In this document: positions 7,753 through 16,195 of the stretch, piece after piece
Numbering within the stretch: position 1 is the first letter of the stretch
Layout of the letters: each line of letters begins with the position of its first letter
Assembly (NCBI GenBank): GCA_044229145.1
Contig: JBGATO010000056.1
Location: 1-24,177 of the forward strand
DNA: 24,177 nucleotides
Direction of reading: 5' to 3'
Source: Candidatus Eiseniibacteriota bacterium
GTDB lineage: Bacteria; Eisenbacteria; RBG-16-71-46; CAZEPH01
Translations under genes and position numbers: made by a program
The notes under the pieces: model-generated
What the model was told of the DNA's origin: nothing
Database searches by the model: none
The model's input: only the letters and a program-made list of their open reading frames with translations

Positions 7753-8961
7753 CTACACCGCCGCCGGCGCGTCGCTGAGCGCAGCGACGCCCGGCAGTTC
7801 GCGGCCTTCGAGGAACTCGAGCGACGCGCCACCGCCGGTGCTGACGTGCGACACCTGATCGCTGAGTCCGCTCTTGGCGAGCGCGGCCACTGAATCGCCG
7901 CCGCCGACGACGGTCACCGCGCCGCGCGCGGTCGCGGTCGCGAGATCGCGCGCCACGGCGAGCGTGCCCTGCGCGAACGCGTCGACCTCGAAGATGCCCA
8001 TCGGGCCATTCCAGAACACCGTGCGCGCCGACGCTAACGCCTCTCCGATCGCTGTCATCGACTTCGGACCGATGTCGACGCCGATGTCGTCGGCGCCGAG
8101 TGCGGTGACGTCGGCGACGCGCGCCGGCGCGCTGCCGTCGACCGCGGCACTGACCACCGTGTCGGTCGGCAGCAACAGCGTGACGCCGCGCTCCTTCGCC
8201 GCCGCGAGCAATGCCTTCGCGGTGTCGATACGGTCCTCCTCGACCAGCGACCTGCCGGTGTCGACACCCTGCGCGCGCAGCAGGGTGAACATCATCGCGC
8301 CGCCGATGACCAGCGTGTCGACGCGCGAGAGCATCGTTTGCAGCACGTCGATCTTACCGCTGATCTTCGCCCCGCCGATGACCGCGACGAACGGCTTCTC
8401 CGGCGCGACCAGCAAGCGGCCGAGGAACTCGAGTTCGCGTTCCATCAGGAAGCCGGCGGCGGCCTGCGGCAAGAGTTGCGCGACGCCGACGGTGCTGGCG
8501 TGCGCGCGGTGCGCGGTGCCGAACGCGTCGTTGACGTAGACGTCCCCGAGCTTCGCGAGCGCCGCCGCGAACGTCGCGTCGTTCTTCTCCTCCTCCGCGT
8601 GGAAGCGGAGGTTTTCGAGCAACAAGACATCGCCCGGTGTGAGCGCCTTCGCCGCGGCTTCGGCCTTCTCGCCGATACAGTCCTCGACGAACGCGACGGG
8701 CGCGCCGAGCAACTCCGCCAGCGCCGGTGCCGCGGGCGCCAGGCTCATGGCCGGCACGCGCTGGCCCTTGGGCCGGCCGAGGTGCGACATCAGCACGATG
8801 CGCGCACCCTTCTCGCGCAGGTATTGCAGTGTCGGCACGGTCGCACGGATGCGCGTGTCGTCGCGCACCGCGCCGTCCGCGGTGAGCGGCACGTTGTAGT
8901 CGACACGCATCAGCACCGTCTTGCCGGCGACGTCGAGGGTCTGGAGTGTGAGCTTCTGCAT
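7753..8961 (-). CDS. pgk: Phosphoglycerate kinase
   Basis: Start placed at ATG 8961 ([16 protein letters not shown]); [40 protein letters not shown]. Confidence 0.98.
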   Translation of the reverse strand: MQKLTLQTLDVAGKTVLMRVDYNVPLTADGAVRDDTRIRATVPTLQYLREKGARIVLMSHLGRPKGQRVPAMSLAPAAPALAELLGAPVAFVEDCIGEKAEAAAKALTPGDVLLLENLRFHAEEEKNDATFAAALAKLGDVYVNDAFGTAHRAHASTVGVAQLLPQAAAGFLMERELEFLGRLLVAPEKPFVAVIGGAKISGKIDVLQTMLSRVDTLVIGGAMMFTLLRAQGVDTGRSLVEEDRIDTAKALLAAAKERGVTLLLPTDTVVSAAVDGSAPARVADVTALGADDIGVDIGPKSMTAIGEALASARTVFWNGPMGIFEVDAFAQGTLAVARDLATATARGAVTVVGGGDSVAALAKSGLSDQVSHVSTGGGASLEFLEGRELPGVAALSDAPAAV

Positions 8962-8972
8962 GGCCGCCTCGC

Positions 8973-10022
<1,050 letters not shown>

Positions 10023-10090
10023 TCACCCGTGCGGGGGGCGCCACGCCGACGGTGCGGCCCTGTGCCGCCCGCCTCATCAAGTCGGCTCGG

Positions 10091-10120
10091 ACCTTATAGG
10101 TGCGCCAAAAGTGGTGTCAA
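10091..10120 (-). promoter_or_regulatory. Putative sigma70-type promoter of gap-pgk-tpiA
   Basis: Consensus TTGACA (10120-10115), then TATAAG at 16 nt or TAAGGT at 18 nt. Confidence 0.65.
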
Positions 10121-10173
10121 GGCGACCTCAGGACTCCCCGCAGGGGTCCGCCGCGCGTGGCGGCCGGCGGGTG

Positions 10174-11715
10174 CTAGTGCTTCACGCCCTCGCTGGTGTA
10201 CTTCAGCGAATAGTCGCCCCAGCCACGCTGGTCGATGAAGACGAACGTCAGCTGCACCTGGTGCTGGTTGGCCGTGTTGTCGCCGAACAGCGGATGCCCG
10301 CCGCGGTCGTACGTCCAGACCTCGAACGGCCGGTTCCGGTCGTTTTCGTCGAATCGCGGCACCGCGGAATTCAGCAAATCCGCCCCGCTGGTCGTGTTTT
10401 CCAACTCGTTCTGCACGGTCTCTTTGTTGATCGGCATCGCGTGCGTGTTGACATCGTCCGGCGGTCCGAGCCGCACGTATACCTTGCCGCGATCGGAGTT
10501 CACGCCGCGGTCGAGAATCGCGTAGTGCGTTTCGACGAACTGCACCCGGCGGTCGAATTCGGCCCGGAGTTCGTTGAACGCGGTGTCCGGCGTGGGATCG
10601 TGGGCGCGCCAAAACTCGTTCAGGTAGATCTCGCGTTGCCCGGGGCTCAAGGTCTCGAACTCGAGGAAATCGTCCTCGCTGAGCAGGAAGCGCGCGAGGT
10701 CGAGTTGCTCGTCATTGCTGGCGCCCCAGGAATCCGGCTGCCAGACGATGTCGAATTCTCCCGTCGTGGGAGGCGCCGTGACTCCGTCCTCACGCGTGAC
10801 GGTCACGGCGCAGATGTAGCGGCCGGCCGGGAGACCCGCCAGATCGTGTTCGATGCGGTGCCCGAACGCGCCACCGCGCGCCTCCACCGTGTCCACCACA
10901 GTCTCGAGCGTCTCGCCGCTGGTGGTGACGAGCGCGTGGCGCAGGAAATAGTGCGTGCCGGTGGTGTCGACACGGTCGTACGTCTCCACGTAGGCCCGCA
11001 TCGCCGACTGGTAGAGACCGTACAGGCGCGCCGGATTCGCCGACACATGCGACGGCGCCACGCCCTCGACGGTCGCTTCGTCGGCCCACTCGAATTGCAG
11101 CGGACTCGCCACGACGGTCCCGGCCGCCGGCGCCGCCGGCACCACGACACGGACGCGCGCGCGGCCGATCTTGTGCTTCTTCCGTAGCGCGTTCAGGACA
11201 CCGCGCTTGGTGGCCTTGCGGTCCAGCACCGAGATCGTGAAGTCGTATGTCCCCGGCTGGACGTCGAACTGCGACGACAGCATCTGGACGTGATCGCGCG
11301 AACGCGCCGTGGCTTCATCCGAGGTCAGGAACGTCAGCGTCTTCGATCGGTTGACGCGGGTCGCCGCCTCCCCTGCCGAGGCGACCGTGAATTGCACCTC
11401 GGACTCCCAGCCCTTCGCGGTCGGCAGAAACCGGAGCTCGCTGTTGGGCACCCGCAGACGCACCTCGACGTGCATGCCGGTTCCCGGACGGTAGACCCAC
11501 ACCGGATCGCAGGCAAAACGGATATCGCCGCGCGCGTAGGCGGCGCCATTGGCACGCGGCTGCGGGAGGATCGGCTCGCCGTTGTCATCGGTCGGCAGCG
11601 CCGCGCGTGCGCCGGCGGCGCAGCACGTCACGGCGATCGACGCCACGGCAGCGAGGATGCGCGAGCGTGCGAATCGGAGGCGCAACACAGAACGGTGGGG
11701 TGAGAGCGCGGTCAC
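10174..11715 (-). CDS. Exported GWxTD domain-containing protein, 513 aa
   Basis: GTG 11715 with SD GGGAGG 9 nt upstream; signal peptide ending AGARA; Ig-like N-terminal region (PGTYDFTISVLD, PAGRYICAVTV); FWRAHDPTPDTAFNE..EFDRRV..GVNSDRGKVYVRLGPPD..EVWTY..FVFID..G.GDY. Confidence 0.88.
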   Translation of the reverse strand: MTALSPHRSVLRLRFARSRILAAVASIAVTCCAAGARAALPTDDNGEPILPQPRANGAAYARGDIRFACDPVWVYRPGTGMHVEVRLRVPNSELRFLPTAKGWESEVQFTVASAGEAATRVNRSKTLTFLTSDEATARSRDHVQMLSSQFDVQPGTYDFTISVLDRKATKRGVLNALRKKHKIGRARVRVVVPAAPAAGTVVASPLQFEWADEATVEGVAPSHVSANPARLYGLYQSAMRAYVETYDRVDTTGTHYFLRHALVTTSGETLETVVDTVEARGGAFGHRIEHDLAGLPAGRYICAVTVTREDGVTAPPTTGEFDIVWQPDSWGASNDEQLDLARFLLSEDDFLEFETLSPGQREIYLNEFWRAHDPTPDTAFNELRAEFDRRVQFVETHYAILDRGVNSDRGKVYVRLGPPDDVNTHAMPINKETVQNELENTTSGADLLNSAVPRFDENDRNRPFEVWTYDRGGHPLFGDNTANQHQVQLTFVFIDQRGWGDYSLKYTSEGVKH

Positions 11716-11831
11716 GAAACGATGCCTCCCTAGCGGGCCTGAGTCACTGCGGGCTCGGTCACCGATTGCGCGACCGGCCGGTGATTCGGAGGGGGGCCCG
11801 GCCGCCGCGCGCACGCAGTACCGGAGACGCG

Positions 11832-11868
11832 GGCGGGGCGGATCCGCACCAAGCCGATCCGCCCCGCC
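11832..11868. other. 13-bp stem-loop just downstream of the PorV-like gene (terminator or mRNA stabiliser)
   Basis: GGCGGGGCGGATC (11832-11844) / GATCCGCCCCGCC (11856-11868); no clear U-tract. Confidence 0.55.
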
Positions 11869-11894
11869 GCGAGAATTGCAGTCGACAGGTCGGT

Positions 11895-12833
11895 CTAGAA
11901 GCCCAACTCGAGCGACACGCGCTGTACCGCACCAAGCGTCTGCATGTCGCTGTACGCGTAGTCGAGCCGCGCGGTCTGCGCCGACCCAATCGGGAACTTG
12001 AAGCCCGCGCCGGCCGCGTACTTCTCGCTGTCGTAGCCGAGCTTGTAGCCCCCGCGCAAGAAAAAGTAGTCGCGGAAGTTGTACTCGGCGCCGACATTGA
12101 GGCGCTCCTTGTTGTCCGGCGGGTGCGAGAAGTCGACCGCGGTCATCAACGAGTGCGTCCCGTCGTTGTACATGTTCGCGGACAGGCCGACACGGAAGAT
12201 GGTCGGCACCTTCACCGCGCGGTCGAGGAACATCATGTTCGATCCCATGTTCGAGATCGTCATGCCGATCCGCACCGAGTGGAAGCCGGTGTCGTAGAGC
12301 GTGCCGAAGTCGTACGTCAGCACGTGCGACTTCACATCGGCCAAGCCCTCGTTCACGTAGTGCAGCGATGCACCCGCAGAGAACTTGTCGGTGAGCGACC
12401 GCGCGTAGGTCAACGCATAGTCGGTGTCGCCGGCGTCCGCGAACGTTCCGGTACCGTCTTGGTGGAAGACGTCGACCACCTCGAACGGATCCATCGTGAA
12501 CGAGCGCGCATTGAACGCCATGTTGCCCGGCAACAGCGGAGCCGGGAACACGACCGTCGCCTGGTCGATGGCAGTCTGCGCCACCCACGCGGTGTGGTTG
12601 ATCGACACCACGGTGCCGTTCAAGCGCGCCACGCCGGCGGCATTCCAGAACGTCGCCGTAGCGTCGTCCGCGATCGAGACGAACGCATCGCCCATACCAG
12701 CCGCACGCGCGCCGATGGGGATCTTCAGGTACTGCGCACCGATGGTGCCCACCTTCTCGAAGATGTCAGCCGCCTGTGCCGCCGGAGCAGTCACCGCGGT
12801 CACCGCGAGAAGCGCGACCAAAGTTCGCTTCAC
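11895..12833 (-). CDS. PorV/PorQ-family (UPF0164-like) outer-membrane beta-barrel, 312 aa
   Basis: GTG 12833 with SD AGGAGG; signal peptide ..APAAQA; KVGTIGAQYLKIPIGARAAGMGDAFVSIADDATATFWNAAG hatch; GAEYNF..FFLRGGY; LDYAY; C-terminal beta-signal VSLELGF. Confidence 0.88.
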   Translation of the reverse strand: MKRTLVALLAVTAVTAPAAQAADIFEKVGTIGAQYLKIPIGARAAGMGDAFVSIADDATATFWNAAGVARLNGTVVSINHTAWVAQTAIDQATVVFPAPLLPGNMAFNARSFTMDPFEVVDVFHQDGTGTFADAGDTDYALTYARSLTDKFSAGASLHYVNEGLADVKSHVLTYDFGTLYDTGFHSVRIGMTISNMGSNMMFLDRAVKVPTIFRVGLSANMYNDGTHSLMTAVDFSHPPDNKERLNVGAEYNFRDYFFLRGGYKLGYDSEKYAAGAGFKFPIGSAQTARLDYAYSDMQTLGAVQRVSLELGF

Positions 12834-12928
12834 GATGCTCAAGTCCTCCTGTACTCGGAACGGATTGCGCGAGGCTCGACGACCACCGAGCACGTCTCCT
12901 CGCGTCCGCTGCGTGGACCGAACGCTAC

Positions 12929-12961
12929 ACGGATGCGGGCCGCTCGTCGACCCGCATCCGT
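12929..12961. other. 11-bp stem-loop right after the stop of the large secreted protein
   Basis: ACGGATGCGGG (12929-12939) / CCCGCATCCGT (12951-12961); a second, interrupted hairpin lies at 12861-12908. Confidence 0.55.
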
Positions 12962-12971
12962 CACAACCATG

Positions 12972-15900
12972 CTACCGATTCGCGGTGATGCCCTTGCCGC
13001 GGACGACGATGAACTTCCCAGAAATCGTCGACTGAGCCGGCGCTTCCACCGTGTAGACGTACACGCCGCTCGTCACGTCCTGTCCGTTGCGCGTCACCAG
13101 GTTCCACGAGGCCGCGCCGTCGTTCTCATTGAGCACGATGTGCGACCGATCGGTCACCGCTTCCTCCGGCTGGAGCACGCGGCGCGCTTCGGGATCGTCG
13201 GACGAAATCTGCTTCACCAGGTCACCCGACAGCGTGAAGATACGAATCGTGTACTTCCCGCGCGGCAGACCCTGGAACTCCAGCTTGGTGCCGGTCGGTG
13301 AGAGGTAACCCGTCGCCGCCGGCGTGAGGTCCCAGTCCGCGTGGTCGATGTACGGATTCGGCACCACACGCACGCCGCCCTTGGCGAGAGCGCTCCGCGA
13401 GATCGTCTGCGGCACCACGAGATCTTGCTCGGTGGCTACGGCAAGAGAGTGCAACTCTTCCTTACCCTTGTTGCCCTGCGCCAACCGATACGCCGAGAGC
13501 GCGTAGAAGTACGGCATGCCGTTGATCACGCTGGTGTCGACGTAGCGGTAGCGCCCCACCGGGTAGTGCGCGATCTTCACCTGCTTGACCGCCGGGCGCC
13601 CGCCCGATGCCGGCTGCGCCGGCTGGACGAGGGCGCTGTCCGCAACCACGCCACTTCCGCTGAACAGCAGGACCGGGTAGTTGACAGTCGTGTCGGTGAT
13701 GCAGTTGAGCCAGCCCTTGTTCGTGTTGGGATAGCCGGTCCGGTACGGGTCGCTCCCGCAGTTGAAGTATTGCTGCAACGCCGTGAGCACCGTGTCCGTC
13801 GGGTTCGCGACCGAGAGCTGCTTGTCGAGCACCGTCGAGCTGAACTGGTAGCCGACTGGACGGTGGTCGAGCAGCGCCAGCGTCACCGCCAGCGTGCTGT
13901 CCTCGTGCAACGGCCGGGCGTAGTCCGCCAGCAGCTCCCACTGCGAGCGATCCGGACCGATCGTGCCGACCGGGCGCTTCCAGTTGGCGGCACGCCAGAC
14001 GCGGTAGCCACGGAAGTCGTCGAGGTGGTTGACCGGGTTCCCGATCAGCTCCGACGAGTTATCCCACACCAATTCCACGCGGCGGTCCTGTCCCGGGGTC
14101 ACCGCGCAGCTGCGGAACTCGAAGTCGTCGAGCATTTTGTGGTCGACCACCGTGCTGTCGAGGCTGGGCGTCGCAGTGATACACTTCGCCACGCCCGTGG
14201 TCGTGGAGATTCCCTGCGGCGGGTAGTTCTTCGGCACCGCGTACACGAACGCCGGGTTCCCAGACACCATCCGGAGGTTGGAGGCCGGCGGCGGCGGCGG
14301 CGTCGTCGACACCCAGTGACGCCAGTACTCACCTCCCGGATACTTCGGGTTCGGCGTGCACAGCGAGGCGTCGGGACGCAACGGATCGCAGTCGAGGTTG
14401 ACGTAGTTCTGCGCCGTGCAGACATCGCCCTTGATGCGCACCGCGATACCGGCGGAGTCGCGCGCCACGCAGTCCACGTCGAGGCTGATGTCGTAGCTCG
14501 GCTGGCCCGGGATCGCCGGCGGGACCGCGATGCAGCTCTCGTGGCCGATGTATCCACCAGCCGGCGTGCCCGCGATACCGCTGTTGGCTGGCACGTAACC
14601 CGTCGACATGTCGTTGTCGACGTTCCACCAGTCGCCTTCCCATACGATGCCAAGCAGGTTGGTGGCGTTCTCGATCAGCCCCTGGCGGCCCTCTCCCACG
14701 ACATAGGCCACGGACATCGTGACCGCACTGTCGGGATTGAGACGGCTGAACGGACCGACCGAGATCAGGTACCGGAAGTCCTTTGCCTGCGGCGGCGTCG
14801 CGTACGCCTTGTCCTTGAGCGCCTTGTACTTCGGCTCGCCCTTCTCGTCGACGAGACAGTGCGCGCACATGAGGTCGTAGCGCTCTTCGTCGGTCGCCGG
14901 GTCACCGCCCTGGGCGTAGGGGTTGCCACCGGTGCCGGAGAAGTACTGCACGTTGGCGAAGCTCACTTCTCCCGGCCCCTTCGGCGCGTAGCCCGGGACC
15001 TTCTGGCGAATGAGCGGGTTGTTGAGCGGGTCGACGGTGTGCCCGAGCAGCAGCGTGCCGGCGTAGCCGGGCGCGTCACCGCCCAACTGCCCCTGGTTCT
15101 GTGTCGGGTTGTCAGGCTGGTCCCACATGTACGCCATCTGCAGGCGGAATTCCCGCGTGGTGCACTGTGCGATCGCGCCCGTCGGATCCGCCAAAGTCAC
15201 CAGCGTGTCGATCTTGTCGAAACGGTCGTCGTCGAAGTTGTTCGGGTTCGAGTACGGACCGATGTCGGCGTCCACGAAGAAGGCGATGAAGACGTCCTTC
15301 ATCGGGCTGGTGCTGACGTTGGTGAACTTGTAGTCGATACCGACGAAGTCGTTGGTGCCGGCGGTGGACCACGCGTACGACGACTGCTGCAGCTTGACGC
15401 CCAGGGGCACGTGCTCCTGGAAACGCGCCTTCGCTTCCGGCGTGTCGTCGCGCACCTCGAACGAGTACATCTGTTGCGAAATGGCGGCGAAGTCCTCGTC
15501 GATGCGGCCGTCGCCGTCGTCGTCCTTGCCGTTGAGGAAGTCCTCGTCGACACGCGCGGCGCCGCTCACCGGGTCGCGGTCGCCATCGTCGTTGGCGGCG
15601 CCGAGGTCCGAGCTCCCACCGATTCGCGTCCCGTGCGGCGCACCTTCGTACGTCGAGCGGATGTCGTCCACGACGTCACGCGACGGACGGAACTCGTGCT
15701 GGTAGCACGTCGTCGAGACACGCGGCACGTCGATGATCCCGCCAGCCGTCCCCGCTTCCTCGTGCATCGCGCCGATCCACGGCCCGGCGACATATAGATA
15801 CTCGTTGCCGGATCCGGCCGGCCACTCGGCGGACAAGCAGGCGGTGTAGAAGTCACCGAATTCCTCGCCCAACTGCCCGAAGTTGTTGACCAGCAACCAC

Positions 15901-16154
15901 AGCCGCCCAACGTTGTGGACGTACGTGCAGTCGAGACGGTAGAAGCCCTGCGGACCACCCTTCTGCGTGCTGTCCGGATTCGCGGGGTCGACCGGGTATC
16001 CTTCGGCCGCGGCCACCTCGCGCCACTCCTGCGGCGTCATGCGGGCCACCGCCTGGCGTGGGGCCAGCAGCGCGCTCAGCGCCAGTACCGCGCCGACCGT
16101 CACAGCCGCCGTCCGCCACGCTCCGCGGTGCGTGCCCTTCCACTCTCCAGCCAT
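12972..16154 (-). CDS. Large secreted protein (1060 aa) with acidic DxDxDG-like loop, FN3-like domain and T9SS-type-A/FlgD-Ig-like C-terminal domain
   Basis: ATG 16154 with SD GAAGGGAG; Sec signal (..PRQAVA), no lipobox; PPPPP linker; FN3-like VELVWD..FRGYRVWRA..YVDTSVINGMPYFYALSAY; CTD VRVVPNPY..FQGLP..TIRIFTLSGDLVKQI..WNLVTRNGQDVTSGVYVYTVE..GKFIVVR. Confidence 0.85.
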   Translation of the reverse strand: MAGEWKGTHRGAWRTAAVTVGAVLALSALLAPRQAVARMTPQEWREVAAAEGYPVDPANPDSTQKGGPQGFYRLDCTYVHNVGRLWLLVNNFGQLGEEFGDFYTACLSAEWPAGSGNEYLYVAGPWIGAMHEEAGTAGGIIDVPRVSTTCYQHEFRPSRDVVDDIRSTYEGAPHGTRIGGSSDLGAANDDGDRDPVSGAARVDEDFLNGKDDDGDGRIDEDFAAISQQMYSFEVRDDTPEAKARFQEHVPLGVKLQQSSYAWSTAGTNDFVGIDYKFTNVSTSPMKDVFIAFFVDADIGPYSNPNNFDDDRFDKIDTLVTLADPTGAIAQCTTREFRLQMAYMWDQPDNPTQNQGQLGGDAPGYAGTLLLGHTVDPLNNPLIRQKVPGYAPKGPGEVSFANVQYFSGTGGNPYAQGGDPATDEERYDLMCAHCLVDEKGEPKYKALKDKAYATPPQAKDFRYLISVGPFSRLNPDSAVTMSVAYVVGEGRQGLIENATNLLGIVWEGDWWNVDNDMSTGYVPANSGIAGTPAGGYIGHESCIAVPPAIPGQPSYDISLDVDCVARDSAGIAVRIKGDVCTAQNYVNLDCDPLRPDASLCTPNPKYPGGEYWRHWVSTTPPPPPASNLRMVSGNPAFVYAVPKNYPPQGISTTTGVAKCITATPSLDSTVVDHKMLDDFEFRSCAVTPGQDRRVELVWDNSSELIGNPVNHLDDFRGYRVWRAANWKRPVGTIGPDRSQWELLADYARPLHEDSTLAVTLALLDHRPVGYQFSSTVLDKQLSVANPTDTVLTALQQYFNCGSDPYRTGYPNTNKGWLNCITDTTVNYPVLLFSGSGVVADSALVQPAQPASGGRPAVKQVKIAHYPVGRYRYVDTSVINGMPYFYALSAYRLAQGNKGKEELHSLAVATEQDLVVPQTISRSALAKGGVRVVPNPYIDHADWDLTPAATGYLSPTGTKLEFQGLPRGKYTIRIFTLSGDLVKQISSDDPEARRVLQPEEAVTDRSHIVLNENDGAASWNLVTRNGQDVTSGVYVYTVEAPAQSTISGKFIVVRGKGITANR

Positions 16155-16195
16155 GAACTCTCCCTTCCTGCGGTCGCTCACCCTGCGCGGTCGAA

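Noticed and set aside
14856..14870. CAHC in the large protein as a c-type heme site
   Set aside because: The motif is CxxC followed by Leu, not CxxCH
13341..15797. 818-aa plus-strand ORF and other long antisense ORFs (9577..11187, 11607..13301, 17316..19094, 19183..21069, 20648..22243)
   Set aside because: Shadow ORFs opposite well-supported genes in high-GC DNA; Arg/Val/Ala-rich with no motifs
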